A stretch of 64,000 bases of DNA. Source: Trueperaceae bacterium. GTDB lineage: Bacteria; Deinococcota; Deinococci; Deinococcales; Trueperaceae. Positions 40,557 through 50,612 of the stretch are shown piece after piece (the first letter of the stretch is position 1; each line of letters begins with the position of its first letter). Position numbers and translations under genes: made by a program. The notes beneath the pieces were generated by a model, which saw only the letters and a program-made list of their open reading frames with translations, did not search any database and was not told the DNA's origin. Location of the stretch: NCBI GenBank assembly GCA_965213925.1, contig OZ243927.1, positions 2,016,001 to 2,080,000 on the forward strand. The letters are read 5' to 3'.

Positions 40557-41468
40557 ATGCAACCCTTGAAAGGTTCGATTGTCCCCTTACCCACGCCCTT
40601 CACGGGCAGCGACGCCAAGGTTGATGAGGCAGCCTTAAAAGAGATTATCGAGTTTCAACTCCGCGAAGGCTCACACGGTTTAGGCGTCACGGGTACGACG
40701 GGTGAACCCTCCTCGCTTAGCCTAGACGAGCGCAAGTACGTTGCGGAGTTCGTGTACAAAGAGGTCAACGGGCGCGTGCCAGTCATGCCGGGGACGGGGA
40801 CGAACAATCTGGATGAGACCTTAGACCTCTCTAGACACGCCGAGTCTATCGGTGCAGACGCCGTGCTCGTCATCAGCCCCTACTACATCAAACCGAACCA
40901 AAACAGCCTCTTCGCGTATTTTAAGCGCGTCGCTGAGAGCGTGCCGAATACGCCCGTCGTCCTCTACAACATCCCCGGACGCACAGCGGTCAACATCGAA
41001 CCGAAAACGATTGGACGACTCCGCGAAGCCTGCAAAAACATCGTCGGCGTGAAGCACGCGACGAAAAACTTAGACGACGTTTCTTACACCTTCGTTCATG
41101 CGGGTCACGACTTTGGCGTCTACTGCGGCATGGAGACGATGACCTATCCGATGCTCACCTTAGGCGGCTCCGGTCATGTGAGCGCGACGGGCGTGGTTGC
41201 GCCGCGTGAGGTTGCCGAGATGTATAACCGGGCGGCTGCAGGGGATTGGAACGGGGCGCGGGAGTTGCACTATAGGATGCTCGAGCTAAACGACATGCTC
41301 TTCATCGAAGTGAACCCCGTACCGCTTAAAACTGCGCTATCCATGATGGGCTTGTGCGAAAAACAGTGGCGCTTACCGCTCGGTCCGATGATGCCCGAGA
41401 ACGAGGTCAAGCTTAAAGAAACATTGAAGAAGTATGGGATTTTCGAGCGGGTGGGGGTGAGTGCGTGA
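40557..41468 (+). CDS. hpaI: DapA-like 2,4-dihydroxyhept-2-ene-1,7-dioate aldolase
   Basis: GTTGEP, YNIPGRT, VGVK class I aldolase motifs; hpa context. Confidence 0.82.
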   Translation: MQPLKGSIVPLPTPFTGSDAKVDEAALKEIIEFQLREGSHGLGVTGTTGEPSSLSLDERKYVAEFVYKEVNGRVPVMPGTGTNNLDETLDLSRHAESIGADAVLVISPYYIKPNQNSLFAYFKRVAESVPNTPVVLYNIPGRTAVNIEPKTIGRLREACKNIVGVKHATKNLDDVSYTFVHAGHDFGVYCGMETMTYPMLTLGGSGHVSATGVVAPREVAEMYNRAAAGDWNGARELHYRMLELNDMLFIEVNPVPLKTALSMMGLCEKQWRLPLGPMMPENEVKLKETLKKYGIFERVGVSA

Positions 41469-42247
41469 AACACGCCAGAGTCATCGCTGATGGACATTAC
41501 GAAGACGTTCTCATCGAGGGGAACCAAGTCGTCACCGCGTCGGGTCAGCGCTATAAACAGAATGAGGTGACGTGGCTCCCGCCCGTCGAACCGGGTACGA
41601 TCCTCGCGCTCGCGCTCAATTACGGCGACCACGCTACCGAACTCGACTTAGAGCGCCCCGAAGTCCCCGCCCTCTTCCCCAAACTCCGCAACGCACTCAC
41701 GGGTCACTTGGGTAATATCGTCAGACCGCACGGTATCGAATACATGCACTACGAGAACGAACTCGCCATCATCATCGGCAGACCGGCGCGGCGGGTGAGG
41801 GCAGAGAACGCTTTGGATTACGTCAAAGGTTACACGATTGCGAATGATTTAGTCGTGCGCGACTTCGTCATCAACCACTTTCGCCCGCCGATCAAGCCCA
41901 AGAACTTCGATACCTTTTTGCCACTGGGTCCGTGGTGGGTGGACGCCGAAGATATTCCCGACCCGCATGACTTAAAGCTCACGACGCATGTGAATGGCGA
42001 ACTGCGACAAGAGGGCACGACAGGGGACATGCTTTACAGAATCCCTGAAATCATCGAATACGTCTCCGAATTTATGACTTTGCAGGAGAACGACCTCATC
42101 TTGACGGGGACGCCCAAAGGGATTTCTCACGTGCATCCGGGGGATGAGATTCGTTGTGAGATTGAAAACGTGGGGGTTTTGGAAAACAAGGTGGTTGAGG
42201 AGAGGCTCGAGGCTGCCGGTCCCAAGAAAAGAGAGGTGAGCGCGTGA
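41465..42247 (+). CDS. hpaG: Fumarylacetoacetate hydrolase-family isomerase/decarboxylase (HpaG C-terminal type)
   Basis: ALNY.DH, MHYENEL, GYTIAND, TGTPKG. Confidence 0.8.
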   Translation: MKHARVIADGHYEDVLIEGNQVVTASGQRYKQNEVTWLPPVEPGTILALALNYGDHATELDLERPEVPALFPKLRNALTGHLGNIVRPHGIEYMHYENELAIIIGRPARRVRAENALDYVKGYTIANDLVVRDFVINHFRPPIKPKNFDTFLPLGPWWVDAEDIPDPHDLKLTTHVNGELRQEGTTGDMLYRIPEIIEYVSEFMTLQENDLILTGTPKGISHVHPGDEIRCEIENVGVLENKVVEERLEAAGPKKREVSA

Positions 42248-43776
42248 GCGGCGCAGTTCCAGTTTTTAGCGAAAGCGCCACCAATCAAGAAAAGGTTGAA
42301 CCATTTCGCCAAAAGGTTGCTGAAAGAGGTATCAAACACCTCATCAACGGCGAATGGGTTGCGTCGGCGTCGGGTGAGACCTTCGAAACACTGAGTCCGA
42401 TTGACAACAGCGTGATTGCTGAGGTTGCCTCGGGCAATGCAGAAGATATCGACAAAGCCGCGAAAGCCGCCGCCGAAGCCTTCAAAACCTGGCGCAACAT
42501 CAACCCGAAAGAACGCAAACGCCTCCTCCACCGCGTCGCCGACCTCATCGAAGACCGCGCTGAAGAAATCGCCCTCTTAGAAGTTCTCGACACCGGGCAG
42601 ACGATTCGCTTCATGAGCAAAGCAGCGACTAGAGCCGCCCAAAACTTTCGCTTCTTCGCGGACAGGTGTGAGCGCGCGAGGGATGGCTCGAGCCTCCCCA
42701 CAGATGAACACCTCAACTACACCATCCGCCAACCTATCGGTCCGGTGGGCATCATCACCCCCTGGAACACGCCCTTCATGCTCTCGACGTGGAAGATGGC
42801 TCCCGCGCTCGCCGCAGGCTGCACTGTCGTTCACAAACCCGCCGAGTGGAGTCCGGTTACGGCGTCGCTGCTCTCTGAGATTATCCATGAAGCAGGCGTC
42901 CCCGAGGGCGTCGTCAACCTCGTCAACGGCTACGGCGAAACCGCAGGCAAGGCGCTGACCGAGCACCCCGACATCAAGGCGGTGGCGTTCGTCGGTGAGT
43001 CGGTCACAGGTAGCCACATCATGGCGCAGGGCGCGGCGACTTTGAAGCGGGTGCATTTCGAGCTGGGCGGGAAAAATCCCGTCGTGGTATTTGACGATGC
43101 AGATTTAGAACGCGCTTTAGACGCCGCGATGTTTATGATCTACAGCTTGAACGGGGAGAGGTGTACCTCTTCAAGTCGCCTTTTGGTCCAAGAGAGCGTG
43201 TACGACGATTTCACCGCCAAACTCGCCGAACGCGCCAAGAACATCACCGTCGGCGACCCCTTCGACCCCGCGACGGACATCGGTCCACTCATCCACCCTA
43301 AGCATTTGGAAAAGGTCATGAGCTATATGGATTTAGCTCGAGATGAAGGCGCAACCGTCGCGGCTGGCGGTGAAAACGTTGAGGGTAACTTGGTAAACGC
43401 TACCCTTTTTACAGGTGCAAGAAACGACATGCGCGTCGCCCAAGAGGAGATTTTCGGTCCCGTTCTCACGGCGATACCTTTTAAGGACGAAGCGGAAGCC
43501 TTAGAGATTGCCAACGGTGTGCGCTACGGGCTCGCGGCGTACCTCTGGACGAAGGACGTGACCCGCGCTCACCGCTTCGCGCAGAGCCTGGACGCGGGCA
43601 TGGTCTGGGTCAACTCGCAGAACGTCCGCCATTTGCCCACGCCCTTCGGCGGGATGAAGGCGTCAGGCGTGGGGCGTGATGGGGGGGACTACTCATTCGA
43701 CTTCTACATGGAGACGAAGAATATCGCGGTGGCGTTGGGGGAACACCGTATTCCCAAATTGGGAAGTGGCGAGTAG
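42244..43776 (+). CDS. hpaE: 5-carboxymethyl-2-hydroxymuconate semialdehyde dehydrogenase
   Basis: ITPWNTPFMLSTWK, FELGGKNP, SLNGERCTSSSR, EEIFGPV. Confidence 0.93.
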   Translation: MSGAVPVFSESATNQEKVEPFRQKVAERGIKHLINGEWVASASGETFETLSPIDNSVIAEVASGNAEDIDKAAKAAAEAFKTWRNINPKERKRLLHRVADLIEDRAEEIALLEVLDTGQTIRFMSKAATRAAQNFRFFADRCERARDGSSLPTDEHLNYTIRQPIGPVGIITPWNTPFMLSTWKMAPALAAGCTVVHKPAEWSPVTASLLSEIIHEAGVPEGVVNLVNGYGETAGKALTEHPDIKAVAFVGESVTGSHIMAQGAATLKRVHFELGGKNPVVVFDDADLERALDAAMFMIYSLNGERCTSSSRLLVQESVYDDFTAKLAERAKNITVGDPFDPATDIGPLIHPKHLEKVMSYMDLARDEGATVAAGGENVEGNLVNATLFTGARNDMRVAQEEIFGPVLTAIPFKDEAEALEIANGVRYGLAAYLWTKDVTRAHRFAQSLDAGMVWVNSQNVRHLPTPFGGMKASGVGRDGGDYSFDFYMETKNIAVALGEHRIPKLGSGE

Positions 43777-43795
43777 TGAATGAAGATTTTATAGA

Positions 43796-43850
43796 GGAAA
43801 GGACTGAGAAAAAAGAGGAAAGTTTTATCTTCTACTTTCTCTCAGTCCTT
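43796..43850. repeat. Hairpin element AAGGACTGAG / CTCAGTCCTT, copy A
   Basis: Homologous to 60773-60826. Confidence 0.7.
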
Positions 43851-43909
43851 AGTTCTTCTGTGCGAAAACTACGTAACAGTCCTTTTAACTTCTCCGAAGG
43901 AGGTGATTT

Positions 43910-44176
43910 ATGGGAAGAGTGATTGAGTTGGAACTCGAGACCGATGAAAACGGTGAACTTCATTTGACGAGAGAGCAGCTAGGCAGCATTGGGGCTCATC
44001 AGAACGTGAAGGTGAGACTCGAGAAAGGATCGAAGCCTGCGTGGGGACCGAGGTGGGCGAACATGACGCCGGAAGAACGGGCAAAGGATTTTGAAGCGTG
44101 GGCGAGGCGCTTTAGAGATGATGATGCACCCGCTCTTTCGGACTGGGCAGTCAGTAGAGATTCCATTTACGACTAA
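43910..44176 (+). CDS. Putative antitoxin (AbrB-like N-terminus)
   Basis: 88 aa; C-terminal LSD.A.SR.SIY; coupled (TAATG) to the PIN gene; AGGAGG RBS. Confidence 0.75.
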   Translation: MGRVIELELETDENGELHLTREQLGSIGAHQNVKVRLEKGSKPAWGPRWANMTPEERAKDFEAWARRFRDDDAPALSDWAVSRDSIYD

Positions 44177-44622
44177 TGGTACTTCTTGATACCAATATCT
44201 GCTTGCGCTTAGCGAACGCTAACGCACCTCAACATGCGCTGGTATCTGGAGCAGTTAAAACGCTCTTTAGTCAAGGAAATGAGCTTGTGGTTGTGCCACA
44301 AAATTTCTACGAATTCTGGTCAGTCGTGACGCGCCCTTCGAGCAGTAACGGTTTCGGTTGGGACGTTTCACGGGCAGAACAGGCAGTTGAGATGCTGCGC
44401 TCACGCTTCGCACTGCTCAACGATGCGCCCGATCTACTTGAGAACTGGCTCGAGCTTGTCACCCGCTATGACGTCAAAGGCAAACAAGTCCACGACGCCC
44501 GCCTAGTCGCCGCGATGCAAGCGCATAAAATAAAGAACCTCTTGACGCTGAATATCAAAGACTTTGAGCGCTATTCGGAGATTGAGGCGGTTCATCCAAA
44601 AGGAGTGGTTGGCAGTGAGTAG
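44176..44622 (+). CDS. vapC: VapC-family PIN-domain toxin
   Basis: LLDTN, EFW.V.TR, VHDARLVAAM, LLTLN..DF. Confidence 0.9.
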   Translation: MVLLDTNICLRLANANAPQHALVSGAVKTLFSQGNELVVVPQNFYEFWSVVTRPSSSNGFGWDVSRAEQAVEMLRSRFALLNDAPDLLENWLELVTRYDVKGKQVHDARLVAAMQAHKIKNLLTLNIKDFERYSEIEAVHPKGVVGSE

Positions 44623-44995
44623 CGCCTATCCGAAGAAAGAAGTTTGGGATAAAGTCATGAGTCGTTACAAAGAACTTATTGAAGAGCATGGTTTGACGTA
44701 CTTTGCTCCGTTTCTAAGCGTTCTCGAGCAACTTGCTCAATCGGAATACGGCAAGATACTTCATCCAACTATAGCTATGCATACTTTTGTGATTGCTTCT
44801 ACGCCTCACTACCCCGAGCGTCTGCATAAACCTTTCATCGTTCTAGCTCCAAAGAAGGATGATGTTGAAGTGACTCTAGGACCATCGCTTGAAGACTACG
44901 ACCGCCGTTTCTCCTTTTCGTACGACACAGTTTTCGAAGAGATTCAACCACTGTTGCTAAGCCTATTAGGTTACACATCCGTTCACGAGTCTTAG
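44615..44995 (+). CDS. Hypothetical protein, AT-rich
   Basis: 126 aa ORF overlapping the vapC stop, with AGGAG upstream; no recognisable catalytic motif. Confidence 0.6.
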   Translation: MSSAYPKKEVWDKVMSRYKELIEEHGLTYFAPFLSVLEQLAQSEYGKILHPTIAMHTFVIASTPHYPERLHKPFIVLAPKKDDVEVTLGPSLEDYDRRFSFSYDTVFEEIQPLLLSLLGYTSVHES

Positions 44996-45011
44996 TCGAA
45001 AGGAGCCCCAC

Positions 45012-46496
45012 ATGCCCGCACGCACCGGCAAACAATTCCTAGAAGGTCTCAAACGAAATCCACCGAATATCTACATTGACGGTGAGAAAATAGAAGACCC
45101 CACCACGCACGTCTACACCAAAAACGCCGCTGCCAGCATCGCCAAGCTCTACGACTTGCAGCATGAGCCTAAGTTGCGCGACACAATGACCTATGAAAGC
45201 CCGACGACAGGCGACAGGGTTGGGCTGAGCTTTTTGGAGCCTAAGTCGAGGGAGGACTTAGAGCGCCGCGCCAAGATGCACAAGGTTTGGGCGGACGCCT
45301 CTTTAGGTTTCATCGGACGCGCCCCCGACTACATGAACGTCAACTTGATGGCGGCGGCGAAGGCGGCGCAGTACTTCGACCAGGGCGACCCGCGCTTTGG
45401 CGAGAATATGAAATCCTACTATGAGTACGTCCGCGAAAACGACCTCTGCTTGACGCACGCCTTGACCAACCCGCAGGTGAACCGAGAGGCGAGAGCCGAC
45501 CAGCACGACGATCCTTACATCGCGTTGGGACTTGTCAAAGAGACGGATGAAGGCATCATCGTGCGCGGAGCGCGGATGATGGCGACGCTGCCCATCGCCG
45601 ATGAAATCCTCATCTTCCCCTCGACGGTTCTCAAGGAGCAAGAGGAGCTGACGCGCTATGCTCTAGCCTTCGCCGTGCCGACGAATACGCCAGGACTATC
45701 GTTTCAATGCCGCGAGCCTTTAGACATCGGGCGGAGTCACGAAGACCATCCGCTCGGCTCCCGCTTCGACGAACTCGACGCGATGGTCATCTTCGACGAC
45801 GTGCTCGTCCCCTGGGATAGAGTGTTTATCATCAACGATGTGAAGCTCGCCAACCGCGCCTACGGCACGACGGGCGCGGTCTACCATATGGCGCATCAAG
45901 TCGTGAACGTCAAAATCGCCAAGACGGAGGCGTTTTTGGGCGTGGCGCAGTCCATCGTGGACATGATCGGCTCGGCTCGGTTTCAGCACGTGCAGCAGAA
46001 GGTGGCGGAAATCATCATCAACTTAGAGGTGATGAAAGCGCTTAAAATCGCCAGCGAGCAGGGCGCGATGTTAGACGAATACGGCACGATGACGCCCGCT
46101 AAGGGACCCTTAAACGCCGCCCGCAACCTCTACCCGCAGCTCTACCCGCGCATGGCGGAGGTGATTCAACTCCTCAGCGCCTCGGGCATCATCATGATTC
46201 CGACTGAAAATGACCGCAAGGGACCGATGGGCGACACAATCGCTAAGTTTTTGCAGGCTCGAGGTGCGAATAGCGACGAGCGCATCAAGCTCTACCGCCT
46301 CGCGTGGGACATGACCATCTCGAGCTTCGGCGCACGCCAAAACTTGTACGAAAAGTTCTTCTTCGGCGACCCGGTGAGGACGCAGTGTGCGCTGTACGAG
46401 AACTACGACAAGGAGCCCTATGTGGAGAGGATAAAAGCGTTTTTGGAGCGGAGTGACGAAGCGGTGAATGAGCCAGTGGAGGTGAGTAGTCAGTAG
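45012..46496 (+). CDS. hpaB: 4-hydroxyphenylacetate 3-monooxygenase, oxygenase component
   Basis: [43 protein letters not shown]. Confidence 0.95.
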   Translation: MPARTGKQFLEGLKRNPPNIYIDGEKIEDPTTHVYTKNAAASIAKLYDLQHEPKLRDTMTYESPTTGDRVGLSFLEPKSREDLERRAKMHKVWADASLGFIGRAPDYMNVNLMAAAKAAQYFDQGDPRFGENMKSYYEYVRENDLCLTHALTNPQVNREARADQHDDPYIALGLVKETDEGIIVRGARMMATLPIADEILIFPSTVLKEQEELTRYALAFAVPTNTPGLSFQCREPLDIGRSHEDHPLGSRFDELDAMVIFDDVLVPWDRVFIINDVKLANRAYGTTGAVYHMAHQVVNVKIAKTEAFLGVAQSIVDMIGSARFQHVQQKVAEIIINLEVMKALKIASEQGAMLDEYGTMTPAKGPLNAARNLYPQLYPRMAEVIQLLSASGIIMIPTENDRKGPMGDTIAKFLQARGANSDERIKLYRLAWDMTISSFGARQNLYEKFFFGDPVRTQCALYENYDKEPYVERIKAFLERSDEAVNEPVEVSSQ

Positions 46497-46544
46497 TCAG
46501 CATGTGAGCAAACTACTGACTACTGAATGCTGATCCCTGACTAC
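46486..46544. repeat. Heptamer hairpin (AGTAGTC x2 / CTACTGA x2)
   Basis: Tandem 7-mers followed by their reverse complements between hpaB and hpaD. Confidence 0.65.
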
Positions 46545-46555
46545 CCAGGAGTTTT

Positions 46556-47542
46556 ATGCCCATAACCTCAGCCAACGCCAACCCGCCTTTCAACCTCATC
46601 CGCCTCAGTCACCTAGAACTCGGTGTGACGGATTTGGAGCGCTCTAAAGCCTTCTACATCGACGCCCTCGGACTGATTGAAACGGAAGCAACGAGCACCT
46701 CTCTCTACTTGCGGGGGCTCGAGGAGCGCAATCACCACTCCATCATCCTGACGAAGACCGACACGCCCGTATGCCGCCGCCTCGCTTATAAAGTCGGTTC
46801 CGAAGAGGATTTGGACAGAGCCGAAGTGTTCTTTCGGGAGAGAGGTTTAGAGCCGCAGTGGGTTGAGCGACATGCGCAAGGGCGAACGCTCGCGGTGCGG
46901 GACCCGTTTGGGGTTCCTTTAGAGTTCTACTACCGAATGACGCAAGTTGAACGCCGACTCCAGTATTACGGCGAATACCAGGGCGCACAAATTATGAGGA
47001 TTGACCACTTCAACCTCTTCGCTTCAGATTTGCAGGGTACGCACGACTTCTACGCGGGCGAGTTGGGCTTTCGCACCACGGAGTACACCGAAACCGAAGG
47101 CAATGACCCCAAGCTGTGGGCGGTCTGGATGCACCGAAAAGGAAACGTTCACGACTTAGCTTTAACAAATGGGCGTGGACCCCGCTTGCATCACATTGGC
47201 GTGTGGGTTCCCACCGCTATGAATATCATTCATTGCTGCGATGTGCTCGCGACGACGGGGTACGTGAACGCCTTAGAGCGCGGTCCCGGACGGCACGGCA
47301 TCTCGAACGCCTTTTTTCTCTACATCCGCGACCCTGATGGGCACCGCACCGAGTTATTCACCAGCGACTACCTCACCGTAGACCCCGACTTCGAGCCGAT
47401 TCGCTGGACCTTGAACGACCCGCAACGGCAGACCTTGTGGGGTGCGCCTGCGCCGAAAACGTGGTTTGAGGAGGGGACGCCGTTTGAAGAGGTGGAGGTG
47501 AAAGAGCCGGTGTTAGAAGAGCGTCCGGTAGTGGCGGTCTGA
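46556..47542 (+). CDS. hpaD: 3,4-dihydroxyphenylacetate 2,3-dioxygenase (VOC type)
   Basis: RIDHFN, HRKGNVHDLA, ERGPGRHGISNAFFLY.RDPDGHR.E. Confidence 0.95.
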   Translation: MPITSANANPPFNLIRLSHLELGVTDLERSKAFYIDALGLIETEATSTSLYLRGLEERNHHSIILTKTDTPVCRRLAYKVGSEEDLDRAEVFFRERGLEPQWVERHAQGRTLAVRDPFGVPLEFYYRMTQVERRLQYYGEYQGAQIMRIDHFNLFASDLQGTHDFYAGELGFRTTEYTETEGNDPKLWAVWMHRKGNVHDLALTNGRGPRLHHIGVWVPTAMNIIHCCDVLATTGYVNALERGPGRHGISNAFFLYIRDPDGHRTELFTSDYLTVDPDFEPIRWTLNDPQRQTLWGAPAPKTWFEEGTPFEEVEVKEPVLEERPVVAV

Positions 47543-47545
47543 TTG

Positions 47546-47673
47546 ACGTCACTCTGAACGCAACCCTTCGGCAAGCTCAGGACAGGCTCCGTGGAGTGAA
47601 GAATCTCTGCATTCGCCTTCTCCTCCAGTGGGGAATGAAAGACGAGACCCTTCACGTTCGTTCAGGGTGACAT
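47546..47673. repeat. Core of the MITE-like palindrome, copy 3 (no outer TIR)
   Basis: GTCACTCTGAACG...GTGAAGAATCTC...GACGAGACCCTT...TTCAGGGTGAC. Confidence 0.75.
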
Positions 47674-47732
47674 CAAATGGGTGATAGGCGAGAGGTGGGT
47701 CATTCTCAATCTTCACTCAACCGCTCACTCTC

Positions 47733-47761
47733 TTGCGAACGAACGTTAGGTTGGGTATGCT
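47733..47761 (+). promoter_or_regulatory. Sigma-70 promoter overlapped by a PaaR-like operator (47736-47749)
   Basis: TTGCGA-17 nt-TATGCT; CGAACGAACGTTAG matches CNAACGNNCGTTNG exactly. Confidence 0.7.
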
Positions 47762-47842
47762 TACGGAGTATAGAAAAATGTAGAAGGCTGCGCTCCGAAC
47801 GCTTTTTGTCGTAATTCCAGCGTGGTCTAAGGAGGATGAGAT

Positions 47843-49030
47843 ATGAACATCGGCAAAGTCTCTCTCACGGTAATGCTCACGACTTGCTTGATGCTAGGTG
47901 CTGCTTTCGCCCAAACCATCCGCATCGGCGCAGTCGCTTCAGCAACGGGTCCGGCTTCAGCGCTCGGCGAGCCCGAAGCGAACACTTTTCGGCTTTTGCA
48001 ACAGCAACTCAACGACGCGGGCGGCATCGCGGGCTTTCCCGTCGAAATCATCTTTTTAGACGACGCCACCGAGACCTCCCAAGCCGTGACGAATGTCCGC
48101 CGCCTCATCAGTGAGGAAGAGGTCCACGCGGTGATTTGCTGCACGATTACGGCGAACTCGCTCGCGATTATCGACACCGTTCAAGAGGCTGAGGTTCCTA
48201 CCGTTTCGATGGCGGCGTCTGCCTCGATCATCGAGCCCGTCGAAGAGCGTTACTGGGTCTTCAAGACGCCGCAGACAGACCGCTTGATGATTGAAGGCAT
48301 CGTCGAAGATATTCAGGCGCAGGGGTTTGAGAGCGTTGCCTTTATGGGTTTGGATGACGCTTACGGCGAGGGCGGCTTGACGGAGTTTCAAGCACTTGCT
48401 GAAGAGGCGGGCATCACGATTCCTACCGTCGAGCGGCACGGACGCAACGATACGAACGTGACGCCGCAAGCGTTGCGTGTCGTCTCGCGTCAGCCTGATG
48501 CCGTGCTCGTCTGGGGCGTCGTTCGTGATTCCGCTCTAGTCGTCAATGCACTTCGTGACAGAGGCTACGAAGGACAGATTTATGTGAGTCACGGGACGGG
48601 CAACCCCGAGTTTTTACAGCTCGGCGGTGACGCGATTGAGGGAACCCTTCTTCCCATCGGTCCGATGATCGTGGCGGAGCAGCTTCCTGATGACAGCGAG
48701 ATTAAGCCGGTGGCGCTCGAGTACATCACCGCCTACGAAGCTGAATACGGCGACGGCACCGCGAGCACCTTCGGCGGTCACGCCCAAGACGCCGTGAAAC
48801 TTTTAGAACTCGCTATAACCCAAGTCGTCGAAGAGGGCGCAGACTTGAGCGATTTAGACGCCGCCCGCACCGCGATTCGCGACGCTTTAGAAGCGGCTGA
48901 ACCTTACACTGGAATAGGCGGTGTCTTCGACTACACCGCTGAAGACCACTTAGGTCTCGATGAGCGTGCTTTAGTTCTTGTCGAGATTCGAGATAATACT
49001 TGGACGCTCGCCGAACAAGAAGCTGAGTGA
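47843..49030 (+). CDS. Liv-type ABC substrate-binding protein (probably aromatic acid)
   Basis: Signal peptide, IRIGAV.S.TGPASALG, WVFKTPQ, TFGGH. Confidence 0.9.
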   Translation: MNIGKVSLTVMLTTCLMLGAAFAQTIRIGAVASATGPASALGEPEANTFRLLQQQLNDAGGIAGFPVEIIFLDDATETSQAVTNVRRLISEEEVHAVICCTITANSLAIIDTVQEAEVPTVSMAASASIIEPVEERYWVFKTPQTDRLMIEGIVEDIQAQGFESVAFMGLDDAYGEGGLTEFQALAEEAGITIPTVERHGRNDTNVTPQALRVVSRQPDAVLVWGVVRDSALVVNALRDRGYEGQIYVSHGTGNPEFLQLGGDAIEGTLLPIGPMIVAEQLPDDSEIKPVALEYITAYEAEYGDGTASTFGGHAQDAVKLLELAITQVVEEGADLSDLDAARTAIRDALEAAEPYTGIGGVFDYTAEDHLGLDERALVLVEIRDNTWTLAEQEAE

Positions 49031-49098
49031 ACCTGAGGGGTGGCTTCGGCTGCCCTTTCTTCTAAATAACATCTTCGTAGGTGAGGTAAAACGAACAC

Positions 49099-49560
49099 GT
49101 GTTTTATTTGGAGCTTCCTCCCGAAATGATGACCGTCTACGATGAGGATTATTATTCAGGAAAGATTCGTATAGAAAATTTCCAGGAGACCTTTCTGGCT
49201 TCTTCTACGTTTTGGAAAATTGAGGACTACCACCGACAGTGGATAGAAGCCTTACGCAATATACAAGAAGGGTCTCTTCGGGAGGCACTCATCACTTCGA
49301 TGTACGACCCCGCCAACGCCCACTTTTTCGACTGGTGGTTACTCTATAGAGAGAAAGACTCGATATGCGTACAAAACCAAATTTTTATGTTTGGCGAGAG
49401 CTTGCTAAACCTCGAGGAGGTAAAGTACCGAGATTTGAGAAGAGAGATTCCCCTACGCGAAGTACATGATGAAGATGGAAAGCTGATTTCTGAATGGACG
49501 ACGAGCGTGAATTCGGTGTCCAACTTCTACAGGCAGCTAATGCGAGATAGGGAAGGTTGA
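49099..49560 (+). CDS. cdiI: Orphan CdiI-like immunity protein (Enterobacter cloacae CdiI type)
   Basis: W.I.DY..QW...L, SMYDP, W.LY.E....VQN, HDEDG..ISEW.T..NSV..FY resemble the recalled CdiI-ECL sequence. Confidence 0.7.
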   Translation: MFYLELPPEMMTVYDEDYYSGKIRIENFQETFLASSTFWKIEDYHRQWIEALRNIQEGSLREALITSMYDPANAHFFDWWLLYREKDSICVQNQIFMFGESLLNLEEVKYRDLRREIPLREVHDEDGKLISEWTTSVNSVSNFYRQLMRDREG

Positions 49561-50612
49561 GCGCTTTGTTCGAACCCTCGATTATTTTAACGCTTCTCTT
49601 CGATGGACTTACCAACGGCGCAATTTACGCTTTCATGGCGCTAGGTATCGTCGTGCTCTACTCCGTGACGAGCGTGATCAACGTTGCACAAGGAGAATTT
49701 GTGATGCTCTCAGCGCTGACCGTCGCAAGTTTCCAAGCGGCGCAGGTGCCGGGGACGCTCTATCTCGTTGTAGCGGGGCTCGTAGCGTGGGCGCTCTTTG
49801 AGGCGGTTGGTGCACTTTTGGAGCGGCGCTATTTGCAGGCGCTGGTTCGCGCCGTTGTCCCCTTACTCGCTGCAGCGGGTATCTATTTCGTCATCACGCT
49901 GGCGGTTTCGGCAGGGCTCAACTACTGGCTACAAATCCTGCTTGCAGTGGCGCTTACAACACTTCTCGGACCTCTTTGCTACCGGCTTATCGTGCAACCT
50001 CTTCCCAGGGCTTCCGTCTTGGTCTTCCTCATCCTCACCATCGGCTTGCACCTCGCGCTGACGGGCTTAGGGCTCGCCTTTTGGGGACCCAACGCTTACG
50101 ACATCCCTCCCTTTCAAGAGGGCGGCACGCTGCTCGGACCCGTCTTTGTAAGCTACCAGAGTTTGTGGGTGCTCGCGGTGGCTGCGCTGATGATGACACT
50201 TCTTTATCTCTTTTTTAGCCGCAGCATCTACGGCAAGGCGCTCCGGGCAGCGGCGGTGAACCGTTTGGGGGCGCGGCTCGTCGGGGTGAGCGCGGTGCAA
50301 GCGGGGAGCCTGAGCTTTACGATTTCGGTCTTTTTGAGCGCGGTGGCAGGCGTGCTGATTACGCCGATTACGAAGATGGTGTATGACTTCGGGTTTTTGC
50401 TCGGGCTCAAAGGATTCGTCGGCGCAGTGATTGGCGGACTCGTCAATCCAGCAGTGGCCGCGTTAGGCGCTTTGTTCGTCGGAGTGGCGGAGCAGTTTAG
50501 CGCGTTTTATATCTCCTCAGCGTATAAAGATGTTCTCGTCTTCCTCTTGATTATTCCAGTTCTCTTAGTCCGCTCCTTGCAGCACCAAGACTTCGAGGAG
50601 CACGTGGACTGA
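49557..50612 (+). CDS. Liv-type ABC permease (LivH-like)
   Basis: DGLTNGAIYA, INVAQGEFVM, GKALRA, LKGFVGAVIGG. Confidence 0.92.
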   Translation: MSALFEPSIILTLLFDGLTNGAIYAFMALGIVVLYSVTSVINVAQGEFVMLSALTVASFQAAQVPGTLYLVVAGLVAWALFEAVGALLERRYLQALVRAVVPLLAAAGIYFVITLAVSAGLNYWLQILLAVALTTLLGPLCYRLIVQPLPRASVLVFLILTIGLHLALTGLGLAFWGPNAYDIPPFQEGGTLLGPVFVSYQSLWVLAVAALMMTLLYLFFSRSIYGKALRAAAVNRLGARLVGVSAVQAGSLSFTISVFLSAVAGVLITPITKMVYDFGFLLGLKGFVGAVIGGLVNPAVAALGALFVGVAEQFSAFYISSAYKDVLVFLLIIPVLLVRSLQHQDFEEHVD

